From contig CATQHZ020000001.1 of NCBI GenBank assembly GCA_958296135.2, forward strand, positions 3,232,001 through 3,296,000: DNA of 64,000 bases, in the 5' to 3' direction. Shown one piece after another: positions 29,796-38,424 of this stretch; position 1 is the stretch's first letter, and each line of letters starts with the position of its first letter. The notes under the pieces were generated by a model that made no database searches, was not told the DNA's origin, and worked only from the letters and a program-made list of their open reading frames with translations. Source of the DNA: an uncultured Poribacteria bacterium (lineage in GTDB: Bacteria; Poribacteria; WGA-4E; WGA-3G). Both the position numbers and the translations under genes were made by a program.

Positions 29796-31712
29796 TCAGA
29801 CGTTCCTTTTCTGTTGGTGCAGCATCACCGTCAAAATAGAGATGTCTGCCGGGGAAACGCCGGGCAGACGGGAAGCTTGTCCGATAGATGCAGGGCGAAT
29901 TCTTGCGAGTTTCTCGCGTGCCTCTATCTTTAACCCCGGAACGTCGGCGTAGTCAAATGCTTCCGGAATCGGGAAATTTTCCAATTTCTTAAACTGTTGG
30001 ATTTGTCGCTGCTGCCGTTGGATGTACCCATGGTATTTAATCTGGATTTCCACCTGTTCCTTAACAGCAGGTGGTAGGGCATCCTGTGGTGGCGCGAGTC
30101 GTGCGATCTGTTCGTAGCGAAGCGCGGGACGTTTCAGGAGTTCTGCCAACGACGTAGGCTGCTTGAGTTGCCCAGTCTCAAGAATATTCGCGAGCACCGC
30201 GCTACTGAGACGCTCAGGAGTCGGCTTCAGCACGGTTTGCTGCAGCCGCGCGCGTTCGCTCTGGATTTGCGCGGCTTTCGTCTGGAACCGGCGATAGGCA
30301 CCGTCATCAACGAGTCCTATCTGTCTTCCGAGTTCGGTGAGCCGCAAATCAGCGTTGTCTTCCCGTAATGTCAACCGATACTCGGCACGCGAGGTGAACA
30401 TACGGTAAGGTTCACGGATGTCCCTTGAAACCAGATCATCGATGAGCACGGCGATGTATGCCTGGGCTCTATCCAGAACAAACGGTTCCTTTCGCTGCAC
30501 CTTTAAGGCGGCATTGATACCAGCCATCAGGCCCTGCGCAGCGGCTTCTTCGTAACCGGTGGTGCCATTGAGTTGTCCTGCGAAGTAGAGGTTTTCGACT
30601 TGCTTCGTTTCAAGCGTGGGCTTGAGCTGGGTCGCGGGGGCGAAGTCGTACTCAACAGCATACCCGAACCGCATGATTTCGGCGTTCTCTAATCCGCTGA
30701 TGCTATGCACCATGGCTACTTGCACGTCTTCGGGCAAACTGGCAGAGATACCGTTGAGGTAAATTTCATCGGTGTTGCGTCCCTCAGGTTCAACGAAGAC
30801 CTGGTGTGCAGTCTTCTCGGCGAACCGGACGACTTTGTCCTCAATTGAGGGGCAATACCGGGGGCCAATACCGACGATGCGGCCGCTATACATTGCGGAA
30901 CGGTGAAGATTCTCCCGAATCAGTTGGTGCGTCTTCTCATTGGTATGCGTGAGATAACAAGGTAACTGCGGCTGCGTAATGCGCTCTGTTGAAAATGAGA
31001 AGGGCCCCGGGTCTTCATCGCCGGGCTGAATGTCCATGACGCTGAAATCGACGGTGTGCGCATTGACGCGCGGCGGCGTGCCCGTTTTGAGCCGGCCAAT
31101 CTCAAAGCCGAGACTTAAAAAACTCTCGGAAAGTTTCTCTGCCGCGGATTCCCCTGCGCGGCCGGCACTGTAGGATATGTCCCCAATGTGAATTAGGCCT
31201 TTCAGGAAGGTGCCTGTCGTGAGAATCACTGTCTCGGCTAGATAGGCGGTTTTCGTCTGGCTCAGAATGCCGAGGCAGCGTCCATCTTCGACGAGCAATT
31301 CTTCCACCAATACCTGCTTGATGTCAAGCCGTTCTTGCGTCTCTAGGACGCGCTTCATTTCATCCTGATACGCCTTTTTGTCAGCCTGTGCGCGGCTCGC
31401 TCGCACCGCGGGGCCCTTTTTGGTATTCAAGCGTCGGAATTGAATCCCGGTCTTGTCAATATTTTTTGCCATCTCGCCACCGAGCGCGTCTATCTCTTTG
31501 ACGAGATGCCCCTTCGCCAACCCACCGATGGCAGGGTTGCAAGACATCTTGGCGATAGTATCCAGGTTGATAGTCACAACGAGCGTTTCACAGCCCATGC
31601 GCGCGGCGGCAAGAGCGGCTTCACAGCCCGCATGGCCAGCACCGACAACGATGACATCGTAACGTTTTTCGTATTTCGCAATGCGTTGAGTTAGGGTTGT
31701 TTGTGTAATCAT
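29796..31712 (-). CDS. mnmG: tRNA uridine-5-carboxymethylaminomethyl modification enzyme
   Basis: YDVIVVGAGHAGCEAA, MSCNPAIGG, GPRYCPSIEDK, GTTGYEEAAAQG. Confidence 0.98.
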   Translation of the reverse strand: MITQTTLTQRIAKYEKRYDVIVVGAGHAGCEAALAAARMGCETLVVTINLDTIAKMSCNPAIGGLAKGHLVKEIDALGGEMAKNIDKTGIQFRRLNTKKGPAVRASRAQADKKAYQDEMKRVLETQERLDIKQVLVEELLVEDGRCLGILSQTKTAYLAETVILTTGTFLKGLIHIGDISYSAGRAGESAAEKLSESFLSLGFEIGRLKTGTPPRVNAHTVDFSVMDIQPGDEDPGPFSFSTERITQPQLPCYLTHTNEKTHQLIRENLHRSAMYSGRIVGIGPRYCPSIEDKVVRFAEKTAHQVFVEPEGRNTDEIYLNGISASLPEDVQVAMVHSISGLENAEIMRFGYAVEYDFAPATQLKPTLETKQVENLYFAGQLNGTTGYEEAAAQGLMAGINAALKVQRKEPFVLDRAQAYIAVLIDDLVSRDIREPYRMFTSRAEYRLTLREDNADLRLTELGRQIGLVDDGAYRRFQTKAAQIQSERARLQQTVLKPTPERLSSAVLANILETGQLKQPTSLAELLKRPALRYEQIARLAPPQDALPPAVKEQVEIQIKYHGYIQRQQRQIQQFKKLENFPIPEAFDYADVPGLKIEAREKLARIRPASIGQASRLPGVSPADISILTVMLHQQKRNV

Positions 31713-31762
31713 GTCTGGCTACGTTACCTGTTTTCGCCGTTGGCAATGTCTACGTTTCTGAT
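31666..31762 (-). repeat. 5'-leader element copy overlapping the mnmG start
   Basis: TTTCGCAATGCGTT...TACGTTACCTGTTTTCGCCGTTGGCAATGTCTACGTTTCTG. Confidence 0.7.
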
Positions 31763-31763
31763 T

Positions 31764-32780
31764 TCAGAGGCCTTGATAAATGACGCTGAGCACGAGAGTT
31801 CCAACAATCTCTAGGCTCTTCGGGCTACATTTGTCCACCGTATCTTCAAGCGTGTGCCAATACGGATAAGTGAAGTCTATCACATTAACCATCGGGATGC
31901 CGGCCTGAATCAATGGGACATGGTCATCCATGATTGCGGGTCCGATGCGGTGTTGAAATACGCCTAATCCGAGTTCACGAGCGCGATGCCACAAGGCCTC
32001 GGCGAATTCGCGATTGGCGTTCCAAGAAAACCGTTCTATCGGTAGTTGCAAATCTTTGTCGCCTACCATGTCTAACAAGATGCCGTAGTCGGGCTTCCAC
32101 CGCTGGTAGATGCGCGTTGTCAGGGCGTTGGCGAAGAACCGTGAGCCGATGAACATATTGTCGGTGGTTCTGCCATAATCTTCGCCATCGAAAAGGACAA
32201 TAATAATCCGACGTGGCGGCGGGTATGCCTTTAAAATTCGCGCGATTTCCAAGAGGACAGCAACTCCGGACGCGCCATCGTTTGCCCCCAAAATAGGTTT
32301 ATTCCGATTCTCTGGGGCTGCGTCCCGGTCTGCCATGGGGCGCGTATCCCAATGTGCCGCTAATAGCAGCGTTTCACTGCCTACTTTTCCGAACTCCGCC
32401 AAAATGTTGTTGAGATGCAACGTTGCGGTGTCTGTCTTAAACTCGTGCGGCTGCAACACGACGGTATCGGCGTATTTCTGGAGTTCGGCGAATAGATACG
32501 CCTGCGTTTTTCGATGCGCGGCGGTACCGGGAGGTCTCGGGCCGAATTGGCACTGTTTTTCCAAATAGGCAAAGGCACGCGGGGCATCAAATGTTGGCGA
32601 ACCTCCAGCAGTCCGCGGGGTATAATTCGCGGCGTTTTCCCCGTCGCCAATCGAATCTGCGCAAGCCAACAAACAGGTGCAGGCAAAAAACGTGACGCAG
32701 CATAACAGGAACCGAACAGTGCCTTTTCTGTTATATCTAGGAACCCTCGCGACGCAGAAAGCGTTCTTACCGATTTTCAT
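31764..32780 (-). CDS. M28 family peptidase / glutaminyl cyclase-like lipoprotein
   Basis: AHWDTRP, GANDGASG, FDGED, LLDMVG, DDHVP, YWHT; start may lie downstream of 32780. Confidence 0.9.
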   Translation of the reverse strand: MKIGKNAFCVARVPRYNRKGTVRFLLCCVTFFACTCLLACADSIGDGENAANYTPRTAGGSPTFDAPRAFAYLEKQCQFGPRPPGTAAHRKTQAYLFAELQKYADTVVLQPHEFKTDTATLHLNNILAEFGKVGSETLLLAAHWDTRPMADRDAAPENRNKPILGANDGASGVAVLLEIARILKAYPPPRRIIIVLFDGEDYGRTTDNMFIGSRFFANALTTRIYQRWKPDYGILLDMVGDKDLQLPIERFSWNANREFAEALWHRARELGLGVFQHRIGPAIMDDHVPLIQAGIPMVNVIDFTYPYWHTLEDTVDKCSPKSLEIVGTLVLSVIYQGL

Positions 32781-32786
32781 GAGCCT

Positions 32787-33437
32787 TTATACCTCGCGTC
32801 TTCCCTCCAACGCTTTCGCCAGCGTCACCTCGTCTATGTATTCCAAATCGCCGCCGAAGGGGATACCGTATGCGATACGGCTGACTGTGATGTCAAAGGT
32901 TTCTAAGTGTTGCGTGAGATAGAGCGCAGTTGCCTGTCCCTCCGTCGTCAAATTCGTCGCGAGAATAATCTCTTTGACATCGTTGAGCCGCTGGAAAAGC
33001 GAATTAATTCTGAGCTCATCCGGACCGACACCATCTAGCGGTGACAGCACGCCGCCGAGCACATGGTATAACCCTTTATAGCCGTTCGTGCGTTCAATAG
33101 CCCACAGATCATCGGATTCTTCGACGACGCAGATAACCTGCTTGTCGCGGCGTGAATTGGTGCAGATGTGGCAGGGGTTTGCATCCGTAATCGCGCCACA
33201 GACGTTGCAGTAAGAGAGGAGCCGTTTCACCTCGGCAATAGCTTTTGCGATTTGGGCAGTCTCCGGTTCAGGCAACTTTAGCATAAAAAACGCTAGCCGT
33301 TGCGCGGTTTTCTGCCCAATTGTCGGCAATTTTTGGAGTTGGGTGATGAGCTGTGCCAACGGCCGCGGGTATTCCATTTTCTTGTTGTTCGCAAGGCGTT
33401 CAATAACGTGCGTTGGGGCAATAACGTTCGTTGCCAT
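32787..33437 (-). CDS. recR: Recombination mediator RecR
   Basis: LPTIGQKTAQRLAF, C4 zinc finger, YHVLGGVLSPLDG; canonical start probably ATG 33377, with an in-frame element-derived extension to 33437. Confidence 0.96.
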   Translation of the reverse strand: MATNVIAPTHVIERLANNKKMEYPRPLAQLITQLQKLPTIGQKTAQRLAFFMLKLPEPETAQIAKAIAEVKRLLSYCNVCGAITDANPCHICTNSRRDKQVICVVEESDDLWAIERTNGYKGLYHVLGGVLSPLDGVGPDELRINSLFQRLNDVKEIILATNLTTEGQATALYLTQHLETFDITVSRIAYGIPFGGDLEYIDEVTLAKALEGRREV

Positions 33438-33471
33438 CGAGCCGTCTTCGCCGTTGGCGAAGAATACTTTC
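33378..33471 (-). repeat. 5'-leader element copy upstream of and in frame with recR
   Basis: TTGTTGTTCGCAAGGCGTTC...GAGCCGTCTTCGCCGTTGGCGAAGAATAC. Confidence 0.8.
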
Positions 33472-33512
33472 TTGGAGCTGCGCGCTTTGAAACTGCGCCT
33501 ACGGAAGAGGGC

Positions 33513-33821
33513 TTACGGGAGTCCCGGAATTTTCACGCCGCCGGTGAGTTTGCTCATTTCCACGGAAATCAACTCCTGCGATTCCCGGAGTGCCTCGTTG
33601 ATGGCGGCAACAACCAGGTCTTCCAACATCTCGGTATCTTCCGGATCGACAGCTTCAGGGGCGATACGGAGTGAGACGACTTCTTGTTGGCCGTTAACAA
33701 CGGCAGTTACCATGCCGCCGCCGACGGTTGCCTCAACGGTGCGATTTGCGAGTTCTTCTCGGATCTCCAGCATCCGCTTTTGCATCTGCTGTGCCTGTTT
33801 CATCAGGTCGTTCATTTTCAT
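33513..33821 (-). CDS. ybaB: YbaB/EbfC nucleoid-associated protein
   Basis: LMKQAQQMQ, GGGMV, EMLEDLVVAAINEA; lies between dnaX and recR. Confidence 0.96.
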   Translation of the reverse strand: MKMNDLMKQAQQMQKRMLEIREELANRTVEATVGGGMVTAVVNGQQEVVSLRIAPEAVDPEDTEMLEDLVVAAINEALRESQELISVEMSKLTGGVKIPGLP

Positions 33822-34062
33822 ATCTTTCGTTGTTCCTAGCGGTTGTTCAGCTGCTATGCGGCAGTGAAGGTTGTCTTATCAGGCAGCATTGAGATTGTCA
33901 ATGCTTACGGTTCTAGTGTTACAATTGTAACACGTAAACTACACGGCGAGGTTTTTTGTATGGCGCAAGGCGTGATAACCGACTTTCTAGGCTTGAACCT
34001 CAGAAGTATCTTCACACCGCTTTGCAAACGACAGAAAACCTCGCGCTACGGTTTTAGTACAG

Positions 34063-35868
34063 TTATTGCGTTTCTAAAATTTTCGCGTCAAAAAGGTTCA
34101 GCGCGGCTCGGAGCCGCGGATCGTCTTCCGCCGCCATCTTACGGACGAGGGGTGTCATCTTCTGCACATCGCGTTTATCCGATACACCTGCATTTGCAGT
34201 ACCCTGTGCATCGGGAAGTGCCGCCTTATGCGGGACAATGTCTAACTTTGCTAATTCCACCTCAATAGGTTGCCCCACTAACTCGCTCAACGTCTTAGCG
34301 ATGAGCTGCTTGTCTTCATCGACAGCCATAGAAAAATACGTTGGTGAACACGCAATTTTGACAACGTTTGTGCCGTTGACAGAAGGCACCGCGCCGCTTA
34401 GCAACCCATGTTTTAGTTTCATCGGAAGTTGAGCCTTCACTTCTTCCCAAAAAGTGCCGATTTCACTGAGGGGGCGATAGGAATTTCCTGACATCTCCGC
34501 CGGAGGCTGCTGCGGTTCGGGGCGTGTTACAGGTTCACTCCTGACGGAGGCACGCGAGGAGGTTTCAAAACGGCGTGCATCTCCATGCCCAACCCGCGGC
34601 ACGCTCGCTGGCTGCGACTGCTCACGCCGAAACGCCGGTTGTGGGGCATCCGTCGTACGGCTATCAGGAAGCAGTGCAGCTGGCGCACCACCCGAATCTA
34701 ACTTTTGTTCCAACGCCGACAATTTTCCGACGATTTCCTGAAGTTGAATGCCCTCCTCAAGGGAGTCCAGTTGAATGAGTGCGCCCTCTAATTGAAGTTG
34801 CGCGTAACCATACTGTTTGATATCCCGGCTGGTGTACATCAAAATTTTGATAATCCGCGACAGCCGAGGAACAGACATCTGCTCAGCCTTCTGCTTGAGT
34901 TCAGGCAGATCGGATTTGGGACTTTGGATTAATTCAACGAGATTGCTATCAATCGCCAAGAGCCGCAGGTCGCGAAAATAGACAATTAATTGATGTAGGC
35001 ACTGCGTCAAATCCGTTCCCTGTTTCACCAATTTGTTCAGCGTTGCAAGCCCCTCGGCGAGGTTGCGTTCGGCAATCGCCTTGGTGAGCTCACCGAGCAG
35101 GAAACTGGAGCCGAGACCGAGCGTCTGCTCAACGGTTTCAACGGTCACGTTCTTTCCTGCGGAGGATACAAGGCGTTCTAGCAGGTTTTCGGCATCCCGC
35201 AGACACCCTTCGGATTGCCGTGTGATGAGCGACAGCACGTCTAAATCCGCCGAAATCTCCTCCGCTTTGGCAATCAACGTGAGCCGCTCAATGATCTTCT
35301 CATCTTCCAAGTGCCGGAAATCAAAATCTTGGCAGCGGGAGGTGATCGTCTTCGGAATTTTGGCATGCTCGGTTGTTGCCATGATGAAAATGACATGCGG
35401 CGGGGGTTCCTCCAGCGTTTTGAGTAAGGCGTTGAAGGCTTCAGTCGTGAGCATGTGTGCTTCATCGATGATGTAGATTTTGTAGGTGCAGTTGGCGGGC
35501 GCGAGTTTGACGTTTTCCCGCAGTTCCCGAATCGGATCGATGCCGCGATTAGAGGCGGCATCTGTCTCTATGACATCAAAAGATTTCCCTTGCGAGATGT
35601 CAATGCAGCGCTCACAGCCGTTGCAAGGTTCTGCTGTAGGTGACTTGTCAAATTCAGTCTCATGAATGCGATTCGGACAGTTGACAGCTTTGGCAAAAAT
35701 GCGCGCAACCGTGGTCTTCCCCGTGCCTCGGGGACCCCAGAAGAGATAGGCGTGCCCAACGCGTTCAGACAGAATCTGATTTTCTAGCGTTGTGGTAACG
35801 TGCTGCTGTCCGACAACGTCGCCGAAGTTTTGAGGGCGCCATTTTTGTGCAAGAACTTCGTATGCCAT
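34063..35868 (-). CDS. dnaX: DNA polymerase III subunit gamma/tau
   Basis: KWRPQNF, GPRGTGKTT, DAASNRG, IDEAHML, SRCQ. Confidence 0.97.
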   Translation of the reverse strand: MAYEVLAQKWRPQNFGDVVGQQHVTTTLENQILSERVGHAYLFWGPRGTGKTTVARIFAKAVNCPNRIHETEFDKSPTAEPCNGCERCIDISQGKSFDVIETDAASNRGIDPIRELRENVKLAPANCTYKIYIIDEAHMLTTEAFNALLKTLEEPPPHVIFIMATTEHAKIPKTITSRCQDFDFRHLEDEKIIERLTLIAKAEEISADLDVLSLITRQSEGCLRDAENLLERLVSSAGKNVTVETVEQTLGLGSSFLLGELTKAIAERNLAEGLATLNKLVKQGTDLTQCLHQLIVYFRDLRLLAIDSNLVELIQSPKSDLPELKQKAEQMSVPRLSRIIKILMYTSRDIKQYGYAQLQLEGALIQLDSLEEGIQLQEIVGKLSALEQKLDSGGAPAALLPDSRTTDAPQPAFRREQSQPASVPRVGHGDARRFETSSRASVRSEPVTRPEPQQPPAEMSGNSYRPLSEIGTFWEEVKAQLPMKLKHGLLSGAVPSVNGTNVVKIACSPTYFSMAVDEDKQLIAKTLSELVGQPIEVELAKLDIVPHKAALPDAQGTANAGVSDKRDVQKMTPLVRKMAAEDDPRLRAALNLFDAKILETQ

Positions 35869-35880
35869 GAGCGTATCCGG

Positions 35881-36045
35881 TTTTCTGTTGTTTCGCCAAG
35901 CGTTCGGTTAGGTTTATCTTGGCACTGCTGTCATTCACAAGGCCTTCGTTTAGGCACAAGGCGTTCGTTTAGGGGGGTTGGGGGCAATCACGTCTGCCTG
36001 CGTCAGCCGTCATCGACGTTGCCGATGACTACGTTTCTGAATATG
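35881..36045 (-). repeat. Extended 5'-leader element copy upstream of dnaX
   Basis: TTTTCTGTTGTTTCGCCAAGCGTTCG, internally repeated CAAGGCsTTCGTTTAGG, and hairpin GTCATCGACGTTGCCGATGACTACG. Confidence 0.7.
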
Positions 36046-36153
36046 CTGACGCGCGGGGTGCTGTAGCTAAGTTTTGACTCTCAGCGGAGTTTGCCCGGGC
36101 GGATATAGAAATCCGACACTACGTTTACCGGGCATCTCCAACGTTCAGAAACA

Positions 36154-36424
36154 TGGCTATGAACCCAGAGTTGACAGGCTCTTCCGGGCGTTGCCCGCGT
36201 CGTTAACTCAGGCCAGGCTACCTTGCGTCACACGAGAAGCCTATTTACCGCTGCTTCCTTCCGGACCTGACGGGGTTCAACAGGTTCTCGTTGCTCAAGA
36301 CCCAACCTTCAACACCACGTGCGCGGGACAGTCCCCACAAAAACAGGCCGCATACCGGGGGTTCCGTTCTGCTATAGCGGATTGCAGATACAGGGCACCG
36401 CTACCTCCCCACCTATCATAGCCA
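36154..36424 (-). ncRNA. ffs: Large bacterial SRP RNA (with Alu domain)
   Basis: TCAGGTCCGGAAGGAAGCAGC helix-8 motif; 5' GGGGAGGTAGCGGTGCCCTGT as in Bacillus scRNA; complementary ends TGGCTATGA/TCATAGCCA; ~271 nt, upstream of dnaX. Confidence 0.95.
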
Positions 36425-36579
36425 AGACGTAAGATTGCGCGCTTCCAATGCGCGACTACCGAGTGAAGTTGCGCATGGCAGATCGGACAGGCGAAACATT
36501 CGCGCCAGCGTTTACTATGGGGTTGCCTGCAAAGTTCGACCGCGTCTAAATGACGGGCACCTGCAGGCAACCCGCGAAG

Positions 36580-36669
36580 CGGAGAGAGTGGGATTCGAAC
36601 CCACGGTACTGCACAACAGCACACATGATTTCCAATCATGCCAGTTCAACCAGACTCCTGCATCTCTCC
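36580..36669 (-). tRNA. tRNA-Ser(GGA)
   Basis: Cloverleaf with anticodon arm CATGA-TTGGAAA-TCATG, long variable arm, GGTTCGAATCC; CCA not encoded. Confidence 0.95.
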
Positions 36670-36689
36670 CAAAGATATATTTTCATAGA

Positions 36690-36762
36690 TGGAGCAGACG
36701 GGATTTGAACCCGTGACCTCGTCCGTGCGAGGGACGCACTCTCCCAGCTGAGCTACTGCCCC
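36690..36762 (-). tRNA. tRNA-Ala(CGC)
   Basis: GGGGCAGTAGCTCAG..., anticodon arm CGTCC-CTCGCAC-GGACG, G3:U70 pair. Confidence 0.95.
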
Positions 36763-36811
36763 AAGGTGCCGTAAAGGCTACCGAAATTGAGTAACAAATG
36801 AATCGAAAAAG

Positions 36812-36896
36812 CGGAGAGAGTGGGATTCGAACCCACGGTGACTTGCGCCACAACAGTTTTCGAGACTGTCCAGTTCAACCGCTCCTGCATCTCTCC
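36812..36896 (-). tRNA. tRNA-Ser(CGA)
   Basis: Anticodon arm ACAGT-CTCGAAA-ACTGT, variable arm. Confidence 0.95.
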
Positions 36897-36904
36897 TTAT
36901 GAAA

Positions 36905-36984
36905 TTTTCTGTCGCTCGCAATGCATTTGATAACGTGCGTTGGAGCAATAACGTGCATTGGCGAAGACTCGCTTTTTGATGCTA
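36905..36984 (-). repeat. Internally deleted 5'-leader element copy between tadA and tRNA-Ser(CGA)
   Basis: ATAACGTGCGTTGGAGCAATAACGT matches the recR copy; ends TTGGCGAAGAC..TTTTTGATGCTA. Confidence 0.7.
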
Positions 36985-37004
36985 TTGCTATAGCCATTGC
37001 ACGC

Positions 37005-37454
37005 CTATCGGCGTTGCCGAAAAAAGGCTTTCAAGAGCGCGCTGCTCTCTTCTGCCAGCACCCCACTGATGAGCTCAACCCGATGGTTCAAGCGTTCATC
37101 TTGAAGAATGTTGTAAAGCGTGCCGGCGGCACCCGATTTCGGATCGGGAGTGGCGTAAACGACTTTGGGAATACGCGCCAGCACTATCGCCCCGGCGCAC
37201 ATCGCACACGGCTCCAGCGTCACATAAAGCGTCGTACCCGTAAATCGCCAGTTACCAACCTTTTCCGTGGCATCCTGTATCACCAACATCTCAGCGTGGG
37301 CGATGGGACTGCCGCGCTGTTCGCGGAGGTTGAATCCCTCTGCGAGCGGCACGCCATCCTTGACAAGCACGGCACCGACCGGCACTTCGCCTTTTTCACC
37401 GGCTTGGCGTGCTAATGCCAAGGCGCGTCTCATCCAGAAGGAATCGTTATCCAA
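37005..37454 (-). CDS. tadA: tRNA adenosine(34) deaminase
   Basis: GEVPVGAV, AHAE, TLEPCAMCAGA, FFRQRR; directly downstream of its substrate tRNA-Arg(ACG). Confidence 0.96.
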   Translation of the reverse strand: MDNDSFWMRRALALARQAGEKGEVPVGAVLVKDGVPLAEGFNLREQRGSPIAHAEMLVIQDATEKVGNWRFTGTTLYVTLEPCAMCAGAIVLARIPKVVYATPDPKSGAAGTLYNILQDERLNHRVELISGVLAEESSALLKAFFRQRR

Positions 37455-37471
37455 ACTCCTCCCTCCTTCAA

Positions 37472-37545
37472 AGCGCCTGAGAGGATTCGAACCCCCGGCC
37501 TTCTGATCCGTAGTCAGATGCTCTAATCCACTGAGCTACAGGCGC
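37472..37545 (-). tRNA. tRNA-Arg(ACG)
   Basis: Anticodon arm TCTGA-CTACGGA-TCAGA. Confidence 0.95.
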
Positions 37546-37582
37546 GCGTGCAAAGTTTCCTATCCACTGAGAATATTAGAAG

Positions 37583-37667
37583 CGGAGAGGGTGGGATTCG
37601 AACCCACGGTGACTTGCGCCACAACGGTTTAGCAAACCGTCCAGTTCAGCCGCTCCTGCACCTCTCC
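37583..37667 (-). tRNA. tRNA-Ser(GCT)
   Basis: Anticodon arm ACGGT-TTGCTAA-ACCGT. Confidence 0.95.
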
Positions 37668-37697
37668 CTTTTCAATTTCACGATTATGCCGCAAATT

Positions 37698-37867
37698 ATA
37701 CCAAATTTACCGCTATAGTTCGGGCTCGCAACCCGCCGATGCTAGTGACATCGGCAGCCCGGCACTGACCTGGGAATAGACAGAGCCATCCCCTAGGTGA
37801 CATGCAGGTCAGAATCAGCCGAATCTCAATCTACGGCAGCAAGACGAATCAACCTAATTTGGTATTA
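37698..37867. mobile_element. MITE-like element with ATACCAAATT terminal inverted repeats
   Basis: TATACCAAATT...AATTTGGTATTA; the same end (ATACCAAAT..GTTGATTyGTCT) occurs at 4984 and 18648, partially at 56020. Confidence 0.6.
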
Positions 37868-37912
37868 GGTGGGCATGTCACCGAAGCTGCGGTTTCCCTC
37901 GTGAGAGGGAAA

Positions 37913-37997
37913 CGGTGGGAGTAGGATTCGAACCCACGGTAGCTTGCGCTACAACGGTTTTCAAGACCGCCGCTTTCGTCCACTCAGCCATCCCACC
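37913..37997 (-). tRNA. tRNA-Ser(TGA)
   Basis: Anticodon arm GCGGT-CTTGAAA-ACCGT, variable arm. Confidence 0.95.
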
Positions 37998-38021
37998 CAC
38001 TTTTGTGATTTTCTAACGTTA

Positions 38022-38050
38022 ATTATACACTATATAAAACGGTTTGTCAA
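38022..38050 (-). promoter_or_regulatory. Consensus sigma70 promoter of the tRNA/tadA/ffs cluster
   Basis: Perfect TTGACA-17nt-TATAAT. Confidence 0.85.
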
Positions 38051-38134
38051 GGGAAATTGCAATTTTTAAGGAAAAAAGCTGCAAATTTCCGACAAAATGT
38101 GAAAGATTAAGCATTTCTGCCGCACACATTATAT

Positions 38135-38163
38135 AGTATACCATAAAAAACGATAATTGTCAA
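38135..38163 (-). promoter_or_regulatory. Second, upstream sigma70 promoter
   Basis: TTGACA-17nt-TATACT with an AT-rich UP-like tract. Confidence 0.7.
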
Positions 38164-38233
38164 ATTTATTTAAAAAAATTCTTTCGTGATAACGCGCGAT
38201 TTCGCCATGAAGACATATAGGACGTTTGGACAA

Positions 38234-38360
38234 GGCGAAGGACAGTGGACATCTCTGCGGAGAAACCCGCAGAGATGACAGCGTTAAAGGTAGTGTGCTT
38301 TCGCGTGGCGACACACGCACGTTTGCTGTAGGCGTGCCCGTAACGGCCCTCGCCCTACGG
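38234..38360. repeat. REP carrying a 100-nt nested insert
   Basis: Insert 38245-38344 is homologous to 4854-4952. Confidence 0.8.
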
Positions 38361-38424
38361 GTTAAAGGGTGCTGCTAGCCCTGCGAGGAAAAGGCCCTCG
38401 TGATACGAACACGCGAGAGGCGCG

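Noticed and set aside
34063-35868. Programmed -1 frameshift in dnaX
   Set aside because: No A-AAA-AAG or long poly-A slippery site seen at the expected position.
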